Assembly: GCF_028368995.1 (NCBI RefSeq)
Contig: NZ_JAQNDL010000002.1
Coordinates: forward strand, 1,376,001 to 1,440,000
DNA length: 64,000 nt
Origin: Nannocystis bainbridge
GTDB lineage: Bacteria > Myxococcota_A > Polyangia > Nannocystales > Nannocystaceae
Direction: 5' to 3'
Part shown: positions 10,282 through 20,661 of the stretch, one piece after another
Position numbering within the stretch: the stretch's first letter is position 1
How the letters are laid out: each line of letters begins with the position of its first letter
Position numbers and translations under genes: made by a program
The notes under the pieces: generated by a model
What the model was told of the DNA's origin: nothing
Seen by the model: the letters and a program-made list of their open reading frames with translations, nothing else
Databases searched by the model: none

Positions 10282-10420
10282 CGCGACCGACGCCGCGTGA
10301 CCGCGCGAGTCCGCCTCCATCGCGGGGCGTCACCGCGCTCCGCGGCGTCCGCTCGTTTGCTCGGAGCGCGGGCGGGCGGTACTCTGAGCCGCCTTTTCGC
10401 CGCCCCCGGCGCGTTCGGCC

Positions 10421-12817
10421 ATGACCACCCCTGAGCCCACGAAGAGCCCGAGGCCCCGCTGGCGCCGCGTCGCCCTGATCGGCGGCTCGCTCGGCGTGTT
10501 GCTCCTCGGCGGGCTCGCGGTCGCGGTCGCCACGTTCCCGCGATGGGGCGACGAGTGGGTGCAGGAGCAGGCGCACGCACGCCTGCAGAGGATCGCCGGG
10601 GTCCCGGTCACGATCGCCAGGCTCGACCTCGTCGATTTCGACAGCGTGGTCGTCGAGGGCGTGGAGCTGAAGTTCGGGCCCGAGGCGTCGCTAGTGATCG
10701 ACCGCATCGAAGTCGGCCTCGAGCGCGACAAGCTGTGGTCCGGGCAGATCGTCGTCGACCGCGTGAAGGCCTTCGGCGGGCGCCTCACGGGCGACGGCGG
10801 CACGCTCCGCGAGTACGCCCGGGACCTGCGCGCGCGCCTGTCGCAGCGCCGCGAGGACGGCGAGGGTCGGGTCAAGCTGGTGCCGCCGAAGGCCAGCCTG
10901 GAGCGGCTGCAGATCGATCTGCAGGACGAGTTCGGCGGCCGCTCGCTGACGCTGCGCGGGGTGGCGGCGATCGAGGCGCGGCTGGCCGAGCGGACAGCTT
11001 CGCTGGAGCTCGCCGGGGTCGAGGCCGCGGTCGACGAGCGGACGCTGCGAGCGGTCGCGCTGACGACCAGGCTCGATCTGTCGCAAGGGACAGCCGGTGC
11101 GTTCCCGCTGACCTTGACGGTCGATCGCGCGGCCACGGCGATCACCCCGCAGATCGCGGTGGCGGAGATCCGCGGCACTGTGACGCTGGCCGACGCGTCG
11201 GTCAGCCGGGTGGCGCTCGACCTCGCGGGCGGCTTCTCCGACGAGGTGACGGGGGACGAGGAGCACGACGCCGCGGCCCCGCTGTGGGCGCTCGAGGGCG
11301 ACGTGGCCCGCGATCTCTCCGACGGCACCATCAATCTCGACATGGAGGCGTTCAAGCTCGGGCGCGTCCCCGACGTGCTCGCGCGCCTGCCCGTGATCGA
11401 GTCGGAGTCGGCGACGGTCGGCGGCGATCTCAAGGTGGCGTTCGCCGAGGGCAAGGCCAACGTCGTCGGCGACCTCGAGATCGCGGGGCTCAACGTCGAC
11501 CACCCGTTGCTCGCGCGGCAGCCGGTCCGTGGCCTGGGGTTCTCGCTCGGCCTCAAGGCCGACGTGGACCCGCGTGAGCGCGTGGTGAAGATCGAGCAGG
11601 CGACGCTGCAGCGCGGTCCGGTGAAGCTGACGCTGGCCGGCGAGTTCGTGCACGCCGACGATCCGGCCGCGCGCCACTACCGGGCCGATTTGACGATGCC
11701 GAAGGTCCGCTGCCAGGAGTTCCTCGGCGCGATCCCGGCCGAGCTCATCCCGAGTCTGCAGGGCTTCGAGCTCAAGGGTGACTTCGAGTTCGAGATCAAC
11801 GCCGATGTCGACTTCCGCGATCTCGAGGCGCTGGTGCTGACGGCCAAGCTCAAGCCGGAGACGTGCAAGCCGGTCAAGGTCCCGCCGCTGGTGTCGGCGA
11901 CGCGGCTCAACGGGCCGCTGGTGCACCGCGTGGCGATGCGCGACGGCACCGAGCGCTCGGTCGACGTCAGTGAGGGCTCGACCGACTACACGCCGCTCGA
12001 CCAGATCTCGCCGTACGTGCTGGCGGCGGTGACGACGACCGAAGACGGCGGGTTCTGGAGGCACAAGGGCTTCATCACCTCGCAGTTCCGGGCCGCGCTG
12101 CGCAGCAACCTCGAGGCCGGGCGGGTCCGCCTCGGGGCGTCGACGATCACCATGCAGATGGTCAAGAACGTGCTGCTCAGCCACGAGCGCACGCTCTCGC
12201 GCAAGATGCAGGAGGTGTTCCTGACCTGGTACGTCGAGCAATCGCTGACGAAGAACCGGATCATGGAGCTCTACCTCAACGTGATCGAGTTCGGGCCCGG
12301 GGTGTACGGCATCACCCGCGCGGCCTCGCACTACTTCGCCAAGGCGCCGCTCGATCTGACGCCGCCCGAGGCGGCCTACCTGGCGTTGATGCTCCCGAGC
12401 CCGGTGCGTCGCCACGTCCACTACTGCGAGGGCGCCCCTTCGCCGGCGTTTCAGGCCAAGCTCAAGCGGCTGCTGGCGATCATGCACGGGCGCGGGCGCC
12501 TCGACCCCGAGACGTTCGAGCAGTGGAAGGACGAGGGGGTGACGTTCGACGCGACCGAGCTGACGAGCAAGCGCGAGTGCATGGCCGAGGTCGACCGCCT
12601 GCTGGCGGCGTCGGCACAGCAGCGCTCGCTGACGGGGTTGCTCGACGACGGTCAGGACATCGTCGACCTGTCGCTCGACGCCGAGCCGCTGGCCGATGCG
12701 ACCGGCGGCAAGCCGAAGCCGCGCGGCCCGCGGGCGGGCTTCGAGGAGGCCACGCTCGAGGTCATCGGCGGCCTGGACGAGGGCGAGCCCGCGCGCCCGG
12801 TGAGACGACAGCCATGA
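10421..12817 (+). CDS. Peptidoglycan transglycosylase (GT51, monofunctional) with a long N-terminal beta-rich extension
   Basis: GT51 motifs EDGGFWRHKG, GASTITMQMVKN, RKMQE, KNRIMELYLN. No transpeptidase SxxK/KTG seen. N-terminal TM. Confidence 0.9.
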   Translation: MTTPEPTKSPRPRWRRVALIGGSLGVLLLGGLAVAVATFPRWGDEWVQEQAHARLQRIAGVPVTIARLDLVDFDSVVVEGVELKFGPEASLVIDRIEVGLERDKLWSGQIVVDRVKAFGGRLTGDGGTLREYARDLRARLSQRREDGEGRVKLVPPKASLERLQIDLQDEFGGRSLTLRGVAAIEARLAERTASLELAGVEAAVDERTLRAVALTTRLDLSQGTAGAFPLTLTVDRAATAITPQIAVAEIRGTVTLADASVSRVALDLAGGFSDEVTGDEEHDAAAPLWALEGDVARDLSDGTINLDMEAFKLGRVPDVLARLPVIESESATVGGDLKVAFAEGKANVVGDLEIAGLNVDHPLLARQPVRGLGFSLGLKADVDPRERVVKIEQATLQRGPVKLTLAGEFVHADDPAARHYRADLTMPKVRCQEFLGAIPAELIPSLQGFELKGDFEFEINADVDFRDLEALVLTAKLKPETCKPVKVPPLVSATRLNGPLVHRVAMRDGTERSVDVSEGSTDYTPLDQISPYVLAAVTTTEDGGFWRHKGFITSQFRAALRSNLEAGRVRLGASTITMQMVKNVLLSHERTLSRKMQEVFLTWYVEQSLTKNRIMELYLNVIEFGPGVYGITRAASHYFAKAPLDLTPPEAAYLALMLPSPVRRHVHYCEGAPSPAFQAKLKRLLAIMHGRGRLDPETFEQWKDEGVTFDATELTSKRECMAEVDRLLAASAQQRSLTGLLDDGQDIVDLSLDAEPLADATGGKPKPRGPRAGFEEATLEVIGGLDEGEPARPVRRQP

Positions 12818-14295
12818 TCCGTCGCGCTCTCGGTCTCGCTGTCTTTGTGGGCATGTCCCTTGGGACATCTCGTGCGTCGGCCCAGGAAGTGCTGATCGAG
12901 GCCGACGCCAGCCCGCGTCCGCCCGAGTACCAGGTGCGCAAGGTCCACGGCGACATCCGCTTCGGCGCGGGCTTCGGGTTCGTCGCCGAGGACCCGATCT
13001 TCAGCGCGGAGCCGTCGTTCGGCCTCGATCTCCGCGACATCGCGCCGGTGCAGCTCCGGCTCGGTGCGCCGGTCCGCCTCCGCATGTACGACCGCGACCC
13101 GGAGCAGGGGCCGGTGGTTCGCAACACCGAGTGGGACGAGGCGGGCGACTACCTGGCGATCCTGCAGCAGCTGCAGTACAGCGGCGACTATGTGTTCGGC
13201 CGCGAGGGCCGGGTGCTCGTCGATCTGCGCGTCGGCGACCTCCAGCGCGTGCAGGTCGGCCACGGCAGCATGGTCCGCGGCTACGCCAACAGCCTCGACC
13301 TCGATCGGCGTCGCAGCGGGCTCGACCTCGACGCGCGTATCGAGGGTCTCCTGCTCGGGCACGCCGCGGGCGCCGAGATCGCGTTCGTGGCCGGTGACCT
13401 CGCGGCGCAGCAGATCTTCGGCACACGCATCGCGGCCGACTGGGCTGGCGCGGCGCTCGGCTTCTCGGTGTTCGGCGATCCGTACGCTCCGCGCACTCTG
13501 GTGCCGTGGGACGGCCGCGGCGACGCCCTGACGGTCGACAACAAGAATCGCTTGCAGACCGACGGATCGCTCGGGGCGATGGCGATGGGCCTCGACCTCA
13601 GCTACCGCTGGACCGATCGCTGGCGGTTCCTCGTCACGCCGTACATCGATCTCAACCTCATGCCCGGGCTCGGCAAGGGCATGCACCTCGGGATCGACAC
13701 CGAGTTCATCCTCGGTCGTCGCCGGCGGGCGCGGCTCGGCGTGGTCGCCGAGCTGACCGTCGGCGATCGCGGCTACGATCCGACCTACTTCGACGTCTTC
13801 TATACGATGCAGCGCATGCAGGCGCAGTTCGTCGCGTACCCCGGCGACCTGCCGCCGGACTTCGCGACCACCGCGCTGCCGAAGTACAGCTTCGTGCTTC
13901 AGAACGACCTGAGCGGCGTCGGCGGGTACGGCGGGATCCGCTTCGCGCACGACGACGGCGCCTTCTTCGAGACCGGTTATCGCTACCGGCCGGGCCCGCT
14001 CGGGCACACCTGGGAGACCCGGCTCGGCATCGATCTCGAGGTGGTGCAGCTGTCGCTGCTGCACGCGCACCGGGGCAAGCTCGGGTTCGACATCATCGAT
14101 CCCGCGGGCACTCTGGCGCGCTTCGACCTCAACGTCCCGGTGCTGCGCTGGCTCGACGTGTTCGCCCAGGCGGGCTTCCAGTATCAGGTCCGTCGCGCGC
14201 CCGGAGAGTCGGCCGCGGCGCGTCAGCCTGCCGGCGGGTTCGTCGGCGGCGGCGGGCTCATGCTGCTCGGGGTCGCGGGCAAGTTCGGCTGGTGA
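12814..14295 (+). CDS. Probable outer-membrane beta-barrel protein
   Basis: ATGA overlap with the upstream gene, signal peptide (ASA-Q), alternating hydrophobic strands, C-terminal GVAGKFGW. Confidence 0.7.
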   Translation: MIRRALGLAVFVGMSLGTSRASAQEVLIEADASPRPPEYQVRKVHGDIRFGAGFGFVAEDPIFSAEPSFGLDLRDIAPVQLRLGAPVRLRMYDRDPEQGPVVRNTEWDEAGDYLAILQQLQYSGDYVFGREGRVLVDLRVGDLQRVQVGHGSMVRGYANSLDLDRRRSGLDLDARIEGLLLGHAAGAEIAFVAGDLAAQQIFGTRIAADWAGAALGFSVFGDPYAPRTLVPWDGRGDALTVDNKNRLQTDGSLGAMAMGLDLSYRWTDRWRFLVTPYIDLNLMPGLGKGMHLGIDTEFILGRRRRARLGVVAELTVGDRGYDPTYFDVFYTMQRMQAQFVAYPGDLPPDFATTALPKYSFVLQNDLSGVGGYGGIRFAHDDGAFFETGYRYRPGPLGHTWETRLGIDLEVVQLSLLHAHRGKLGFDIIDPAGTLARFDLNVPVLRWLDVFAQAGFQYQVRRAPGESAAARQPAGGFVGGGGLMLLGVAGKFGW

Positions 14296-14533
14296 TCATG
14301 ACATGTCCCTTCGTGACTGACCCTTCAGACAGGTACTCGCCCACGCCCGGCGGGGGCGGCGAGCGTCAGGGGGTCGGCGGGCCTGACGCCGACGGCCGCA
14401 CGAGGCCGCGGCGGCCGCGAAACCGCCAGGAGATTGACAGGGCGGCGCACGCCGTGATTGGAACCATGCCGAGCGCGATGATCGGAATCAGGCAGCACGG
14501 CCCAGGAGTAAAGAGCGGCGGGGGGTTCACGTC

Positions 14534-16957
14534 GTGAACGAAGCGCCGCGGACAGGTCGCTCGCGCCTGCGAAAGATCGGGCTGTGGTGCCTCGGCCTGG
14601 CGGGGACCGGCATGGTCCTCGGGGCAGGCACGGTGGCCGGTGTGTTCTGGTACTACGGTCGCGGGATCGAGGGCATCGATGTCGCCGCGATCCGCGACTA
14701 TCGGCCGCCGCAGGTCACGCGGATCGTCGCGCGCGACGGCGTGGTCATCGGCGAGATCTTCAGCGAGCGGCGCACGCTGGTCGGCTACGAGGACATCCCG
14801 GCCCACGTCGAGAACGCCTTCCTCGCGGCCGAGGACGGCGATTTCTACAACCACGAGGGCATGGACTACGTCGGCATGGTGCGCGCCATGCTGAGCAACA
14901 TCGAGGCCGGCGAGATCCGCCAGGGCGCTTCGACGATCACGCAGCAGGTGGTGAAGAACTTCCTGCTGTCGCCGGAGCGGACCTTCGAGCGCAAGATCCA
15001 GGAGATCCTGCTCGCGCGCCGGCTCGAGCGCGCGCTGAGCAAGCGCGAGATCCTCGAGCTGTACCTCAACGAGATTTACTTCGGCCACGGCCGCTACGGC
15101 ATCGAGGAGGCCAGCCGCTTCTATTTCGGCAAGAGCGTCCGCGACATCAACGTCGGTCAGGCGGCGCTGCTGGCGTCGCTGCCGAAAGCGCCCGGCAAGT
15201 CGTCGCCGCTCAAGGATCCGCAGCGCTCGAAGGACCGCCAGATCTATGTGTTGCAGCAGATGGTGCGGCACGGGTGGGTCCAGCCGATCGAGGCCGACAA
15301 GTTCATTCAGGGTCCGCTCGAGCTGAGCCCGCAGACGCAGGACGCGGTGGTGGTCGCCGGGGCGCAGGAGTTCGTCGACGCGGCGCGCGAGCGGCTGGTG
15401 GCGATGTACGGGCAGGAGCGTCTCGATCGCCTCGGCGCGACGGTGACGACCACCGTCGATCTCAAGCTGCAAGCGCAGGCCCACGCGGGGCTGATGGAGG
15501 GGCTGGTCGCGCTCGATCGCCGCCAGGGCTACGGCCACAAGATCAAGCCGACGCCGGAGAAGCAGCAGGCGAAGGTGCTCGAGAAGGGCAAGGGGCCGCT
15601 GCAGGTCGGGGCGGTGCTGCCGGGGCTGATCCAGCCGCGTGAGGCGAGCACGCCGGCGGACTCGTTCGTGGTGTTGATCGGCGACCACCGCGTGCTGGTG
15701 AAGGTCCCCGAGGGCTCGCGCTACGACGATCCGAAGCTCTCGACCGACGAGCAGTTTCCGGCCTCCGGGGTGGCGATGGTGCGCATCGTGACGCTGCCGA
15801 CCGCGGAGCAGCCGGCGCGCGGCGAGATCGGGTCGGGGCCGCAGGCGGCGGTGGTGGTCGCGGCGGTCGACACCGGCGAAGTGTTGGCGATGATCGGCGG
15901 CGAGGACTACCAGCGCGGCGATTTCAACCGCGCGTCGGCGGCCAAGCGCCAGCCGGGCTCGTCGTTCAAGCCGTTCGTGTACGGCGCGGCGTTGGCGAGC
16001 GAAAAGTACACCGCGGCGACGATCGTCAACGACTCGCCGGAGATCTACGAGAAGTGGCGGCCGACCAACTTCGAGGCCGACGAGTACCGCGGCGACATCC
16101 GCCTGCGCGTGGCGCTGACGCACTCGGTCAACACGATCGCTATCAAGCTGCTCGACGCGATCGGCTTCGAGGCGGTGCACACGTTCGCGCGGGCGGCGGG
16201 GATCCGCGGCGAGCTGGCGAGCAACCTCGCGCTCGCGCTCGGCGTCAGCGAGCTGACCCCGATCGACGTGCTGTCCGGCTACCTCACGCTCGCGCGCGGC
16301 GGCTCGCACCTCGAGCCGACGGTGATCCGTAAGATCGAGATCCCGGGCGAGGCGGCGTGGGTGCCCGAGCGCGCGCCGCAGCAGGCGCTGCGCGACGACA
16401 TCGTGTTCGTCCTGACGTCGATGATGACGAGCGTGGTCGAGGAGGGTACGGCCAAGGCCGCGCGCGCGCTGGGGCGGCCGTCGGCCGGCAAGACGGGGAC
16501 CTCGGCCGAGCACCGCGACGCGTGGTACGCGGGTTACACGCCGCGCCACGTCGCGGTCGCGTGGGTCGGCTTCGACGTGCCGAAGAAGATCGGCAAGGGC
16601 GAGACCGGCGGCAAGGCGGCGCTGCCGATCTGGATCACGGCGATGAAGGCCGCCGAGGCCGACCAGCCGCCGCTGCCGTTCGTGCCGCCGGCGTCGGTGC
16701 AGGTGCGCACGATCGACCGCCGTACGGGTCTGCTCGCGCCCGCCGACGCCAAGTCCGAGGACGTGCTCGAGGAGTTCTTCATCGCCGGCACCGAGCCGAT
16801 CGAGACCGCGGAGCCCGCGGCCCTGCCGACCGGCGACGTGGTCCTCGATCTGTACGGGGACGGCGACGAGCACGCCGACGCCGCGCCCCCCGCCGAGGCG
16901 CCGGCGCCCGAGGAGCCCAAGAACGGGCTCCCCAGCGTGCATGACGACCCAGGTTGA
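14534..16957 (+). CDS. mrcA: Class A penicillin-binding protein 1A
   Basis: TG motifs EDGDFYNHEG, GASTITQQVVKN, RKIQE. TP motifs QPGSSFK, SVN, KTGT. Confidence 0.93.
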   Translation: MNEAPRTGRSRLRKIGLWCLGLAGTGMVLGAGTVAGVFWYYGRGIEGIDVAAIRDYRPPQVTRIVARDGVVIGEIFSERRTLVGYEDIPAHVENAFLAAEDGDFYNHEGMDYVGMVRAMLSNIEAGEIRQGASTITQQVVKNFLLSPERTFERKIQEILLARRLERALSKREILELYLNEIYFGHGRYGIEEASRFYFGKSVRDINVGQAALLASLPKAPGKSSPLKDPQRSKDRQIYVLQQMVRHGWVQPIEADKFIQGPLELSPQTQDAVVVAGAQEFVDAARERLVAMYGQERLDRLGATVTTTVDLKLQAQAHAGLMEGLVALDRRQGYGHKIKPTPEKQQAKVLEKGKGPLQVGAVLPGLIQPREASTPADSFVVLIGDHRVLVKVPEGSRYDDPKLSTDEQFPASGVAMVRIVTLPTAEQPARGEIGSGPQAAVVVAAVDTGEVLAMIGGEDYQRGDFNRASAAKRQPGSSFKPFVYGAALASEKYTAATIVNDSPEIYEKWRPTNFEADEYRGDIRLRVALTHSVNTIAIKLLDAIGFEAVHTFARAAGIRGELASNLALALGVSELTPIDVLSGYLTLARGGSHLEPTVIRKIEIPGEAAWVPERAPQQALRDDIVFVLTSMMTSVVEEGTAKAARALGRPSAGKTGTSAEHRDAWYAGYTPRHVAVAWVGFDVPKKIGKGETGGKAALPIWITAMKAAEADQPPLPFVPPASVQVRTIDRRTGLLAPADAKSEDVLEEFFIAGTEPIETAEPAALPTGDVVLDLYGDGDEHADAAPPAEAPAPEEPKNGLPSVHDDPG

Positions 16958-16981
16958 TGGCTTGATGCTACTGTAGGGAGC

Positions 16982-17608
16982 ATGAGCGGGCAGAAGGTCG
17001 TCGACCTGGTCGTCGAGCACGGCCGGGTCCAGATCGTCCAGGCGGGGGTAGGGGTGGCGCCTCAGGTCGCGCCCGTGCCGCTGACGACCGCCCTGGCGAC
17101 GCGCAGCGGCACCGGCGTGGCCGCCCCGTGGAGCGTGCTGCTCGGCAGCGGCGCGGCGTGCATGGCTCTCGGCGCGGTGACTCTCGGGCTGTTCCCGTTC
17201 TCGGTGCTCGGCCTCGTGTTGACCAACCTGTTGTTCTCGGCCGGGGCCGGGCTGGCCGTGCTGGCGTTCGCCAAGCGTGCGAGCTCGGCGGGCTCATTCG
17301 GTCCCGCGGCATCGCCCGCCCGCGTCGATCCGTCGCTGATCGCCGAGCGCAGCCGGCGCGTCCGGGCGATCCTGCGCGGCGTCGGGCCGATGACCTTCGA
17401 GCGCATCAAGAGTGAGCTCAAATGGACGCAGGTGGCGCTGGTGTCGACGCTGGTGCACATGAAAGAGCAGGGTGAGGTCGTCGAGGACCTCAGCCTCGAC
17501 ACCGGAGAGTGGGTGTACACCTTGGCAGACAACCATGATGCCGTGCTGGGATCTCCCACGCTGGCGGAGCGGCAGGCCCAAGTGGGCGAGGGGAAGGGGC
17601 AAGGATGA
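16982..17608 (+). CDS. Hypothetical membrane protein (2 TM plus winged-helix-like C-terminus)
   Basis: Two hydrophobic segments. The C-terminal MTFERIKSELKWT...GEVVEDL..GEWVY pattern is wHTH-like. GGGAG RBS. Confidence 0.65.
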   Translation: MSGQKVVDLVVEHGRVQIVQAGVGVAPQVAPVPLTTALATRSGTGVAAPWSVLLGSGAACMALGAVTLGLFPFSVLGLVLTNLLFSAGAGLAVLAFAKRASSAGSFGPAASPARVDPSLIAERSRRVRAILRGVGPMTFERIKSELKWTQVALVSTLVHMKEQGEVVEDLSLDTGEWVYTLADNHDAVLGSPTLAERQAQVGEGKGQG

Positions 17609-18162
17609 AGGACAAGAACATCGCGTCGATCCTGGCCTTCCCGCTGTTCGGCGGCTGGGGAGCGCACAAGTTCTACCTCGGGCAAGTCGGCGCGGGCATC
17701 GTCTACCTGGCGTTCGCGTGGACGCTGATCCCGGCGATCATCGCGTTCTTCGAGTTCATCATCCTGGCGCTGATGGACCGCGACGAGTTCAACCGGCGCT
17801 ACAACGGCAACAACGCGCTGACCGGCGCGCCCGTGGTCGTCAACATGCTGCCGCCGGGGCCGGCCTACTACCCGCCGAGCCACTCGCACTACCCGCACGG
17901 CTACCCGCAGCCCGGACATCCGCAGGCGGGCTACCCGTACCCGGCGAACATCTACCCGGGCGTGTATCCGCCCGGGACCCAGCCGCCGGGGCAGATGTCC
18001 GCAGGGACAGGTCCTTCGGGACAGGAGACGCCGGCGCGCAGCGCCGCGGCCGTCGACGAGTTGATCGCCCGCATCGAGAAGCTCAACGAGCTGCGCGTCG
18101 CGGGGCTGCTCACCGACGAGGAGTTCGCGCAGCAGAAGGCCCGCGTGCTGCAGCACATGTGA
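17605..18162 (+). CDS. TM2 (NINE) domain protein with C-terminal SHOCT
   Basis: KNIASILAFPLFGGWGAHKFYLGQ (TM2); IEKLNELRVAGLLTDEEFAQQKARVL (SHOCT); Pro/Tyr/Gly linker. Confidence 0.9.
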   Translation: MKDKNIASILAFPLFGGWGAHKFYLGQVGAGIVYLAFAWTLIPAIIAFFEFIILALMDRDEFNRRYNGNNALTGAPVVVNMLPPGPAYYPPSHSHYPHGYPQPGHPQAGYPYPANIYPGVYPPGTQPPGQMSAGTGPSGQETPARSAAAVDELIARIEKLNELRVAGLLTDEEFAQQKARVLQHM

Positions 18163-18169
18163 CGGGCCC

Positions 18170-18775
18170 GTGCTCGGCGTCGTCGTCTACTGCGTGTTCG
18201 TGCTGATGATCGGGGTGTCGCTGCGACGCCCGATCGGTTCGCTGGTCGAGGCCCGGCGCCAGCGCGCCAACCTCGAGCGCGAGCTGCGGGCGCTGGCCGA
18301 GGCGCCGGAGCTGCCGAGGGTCCCGAGCGCCCACCTCTCGCCCGGGCTGGCCCGCCTGTTCGACGAGACCCGAATGCTGCGCACGGTCCTGGAGGAGCCG
18401 CTGCAGGCGGTGCGCGCGTGGCAGGCCGCCGATCGCAACCCGTGGCTGGCGCGGGTCGACGTCGGCGACGGCTCGGACCTCGATCGGCTGGAGGAGGTCG
18501 ACGTGGCGCTGGTCAACGCCCGCCGCGGCGTGTGGGACTGGCTGGGGATGGTCGATGGGCTGTCCGAGGCCGACCAGGAGACGCTGATGTGGCTCGGGCT
18601 GTCGGTGGTGCCGGTCCGCGGCGCCCTCGAAGGCCGCGACGCGTTCCGCCGCACGAGCGCGGTCGCCCGCAAGGAGTCGGCGCGGATCGAGCAAGTGGTG
18701 ATGCACGTGCGCGCGGGCCTCGACCGCTTCGAGGGCGGGCTGTCGCGGGCGACCCGGGCCGGGCTGTACCGCTGA
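18170..18775 (+). CDS. Hypothetical membrane-anchored helical protein
   Basis: N-terminal TM, codon bias, operon position. Confidence 0.65.
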   Translation: MLGVVVYCVFVLMIGVSLRRPIGSLVEARRQRANLERELRALAEAPELPRVPSAHLSPGLARLFDETRMLRTVLEEPLQAVRAWQAADRNPWLARVDVGDGSDLDRLEEVDVALVNARRGVWDWLGMVDGLSEADQETLMWLGLSVVPVRGALEGRDAFRRTSAVARKESARIEQVVMHVRAGLDRFEGGLSRATRAGLYR

Positions 18776-18791
18776 GCCTCGGCCGGCGCGA

Positions 18792-19784
18792 TCAGCCGCC
18801 CGAGTAGTGAAGGGCGAACTGCAGGAACTGCGACGGCGGGAGATCGCCGCGGAACGAGCCGACGAGGACCTGGTAGCCGAGGCCGAGGCCGACGCCGTGG
18901 AACAGCTTGCGCGAGCGGTCGGGGCTGAGCAAAAGGCCCAGGTTGAGCTGGGCGCGCGGGCCGTGGGGCAGCATCGCGGGCAGGCGCTCGACGCCGCCTT
19001 CGAGCAGGCGCTCGCGCGTGGGGGCGAAGAAGAAGTCGTAGCCGACGCGGAAGTCGAGGTAACCGCGCTGCAGGAAGCCGAGCCGGCCGAGCGTCAGCGT
19101 CGGACCGCCGCCGAGCAGGCCGGTCATCTGGCTGCGTCCGGTGGGGCCGAAGTCGATCGTGCCGCCCTCGCCGCGCAGGGTCAGCGCGTAGCCGATGAAG
19201 TTGAAGCTCTGGCCGAGGTCGACCTGGGCACCACCTGTCCTTCCGGACAGGCTGGTGTTGCCGAAGCTGCTGCCGATGCTGTACTGGGCGCGGGCGAGGA
19301 TGTGGAACCGGCCCGGGTTGTGCTTGGGGCGGAACATCTCGCGGTACACGGCCGCGACCGCGGCGTCCTCGGCGGCCGCCGCCTCGGCCTCGGTCAGCAC
19401 CGGCTTGCCGGGCCGCTTCGCCGGGTGCTGATTGACCGACGGCCCGAGCAGCGACTCGGCCAGGCCCGGACCCTGAGTCGCCCCGGGGTCGGCGGAGACG
19501 TCCGGTTGCGCGACTGGCGCCGGAACGGGATCGGCTGGGGAGGCGTCTGTCGTGGGTTGGGGCGAAGTCGCGCCAACGTCCGCTGGCGGCACCGGGACTC
19601 CCTCGGTCGGTGCGGGAGTTGCGGGGCCCGGTTCGACGGCGACGGGGGCTGGCGCCGTCGTTCCTGAAACCGTGTTCGTGGGCCGCTGGACAGGCGCCAC
19701 GGCAGGGGCAGCCCCGACGGAGGCCGGGAGGGCGATGACGAGGAAAGCGAGGCCGAACGAGGGGGGCCTCCGGAGCGCGCGCAT
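18792..19784 (-). CDS. Secreted protein, probable small outer-membrane barrel after a Pro/Thr linker
   Basis: Signal peptide, low-complexity linker, amphipathic beta strands ending FALHYSGG. Confidence 0.7.
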   Translation of the reverse strand: MRALRRPPSFGLAFLVIALPASVGAAPAVAPVQRPTNTVSGTTAPAPVAVEPGPATPAPTEGVPVPPADVGATSPQPTTDASPADPVPAPVAQPDVSADPGATQGPGLAESLLGPSVNQHPAKRPGKPVLTEAEAAAAEDAAVAAVYREMFRPKHNPGRFHILARAQYSIGSSFGNTSLSGRTGGAQVDLGQSFNFIGYALTLRGEGGTIDFGPTGRSQMTGLLGGGPTLTLGRLGFLQRGYLDFRVGYDFFFAPTRERLLEGGVERLPAMLPHGPRAQLNLGLLLSPDRSRKLFHGVGLGLGYQVLVGSFRGDLPPSQFLQFALHYSGG

Positions 19785-19935
19785 GCGACAAGGCTACTCG
19801 GGGCTCAGGAGCGGGGCGAGTCATTTCGTTGCACCCGCCGTGACATGTGTTCAAAATGCCCCCGCGAAGACGCCCGGACGGCCTAAAAGCCCGGATTGGG
19901 CGGTTCTTTCGCTACCCATCGATCGGGAGACCCTC

Positions 19936-20628
19936 ATGATTTTCGCTCACAACCCCCATCGCGGGAACTTCCGCCCAGTCTCTTCGGGCCTGAAGTTCGC
20001 GCTCGTCGCCTCGTTCGCGTTCACGGCGACCGCCCAGCTCGCGGCCTGTGGCCCGACGATCTTCGAAGACGCGTCCGCCCTGTCCGTTGTCGGTGATCCG
20101 CCGCCGCCGCCCCCCAAGCCGAAGGTCGTGCAGGAGAAGCCGAAGCGCGTCGTGGTGGAGGAGAACCGGATCAAGATCAACGAGAAGATCGAGTTCGACT
20201 TCAACAAGGCGACCATCCGCCCCGAGTCGGACGGCCTGATGACCGAGATCATCTCCGTCATCAAGGAGAACCCCCACATCAAGAAGATCGCGATCGAGGG
20301 GCACACCTCGAGCGAGGGCAGCGACAGCTACAACCTCAAGCTGTCGGACAAGCGCGCCAAGGCCGTGATGGAGTACTTCGTCAAGAAGGGCGGGCTCCCC
20401 AAGGAGATGTTCTCCGCCAAGGGCTTCGGCGAGAAGAAGCCGCTGTCCGACGAATCGACGGAGGAGGGCAAGGAGAACAACCGTCGCGTGGAGTTCAACA
20501 TCGTCGAGCAGGACGTGACCCGCAAGCGCGTGGCGATCGACCCCGAGTCGGGTGAGAAGACGGTCATCGATGAGAAGACCAAGACCGAGGACGCAGGCCC
20601 GCCGCCGCCGCCCGCGCCCGCCAAGTGA
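19936..20628 (+). CDS. OmpA-family (peptidoglycan-binding) lipoprotein
   Basis: LAAC lipobox; IEFDFNKA, IEGHT, NLKLSDKRA, GFGE, NRRVEF motifs; GGAG RBS before ATG 19936. Confidence 0.92.
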   Translation: MIFAHNPHRGNFRPVSSGLKFALVASFAFTATAQLAACGPTIFEDASALSVVGDPPPPPPKPKVVQEKPKRVVVEENRIKINEKIEFDFNKATIRPESDGLMTEIISVIKENPHIKKIAIEGHTSSEGSDSYNLKLSDKRAKAVMEYFVKKGGLPKEMFSAKGFGEKKPLSDESTEEGKENNRRVEFNIVEQDVTRKRVAIDPESGEKTVIDEKTKTEDAGPPPPPAPAK

Positions 20629-20661
20629 GTCACACCGCGAGTTTGCGAAGTTAAGGAGTCC

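Noticed and set aside
14434-14462. TTGACA upstream of PBP1A as a promoter
   Set aside because: No convincing -10 element at 16-18 bp.
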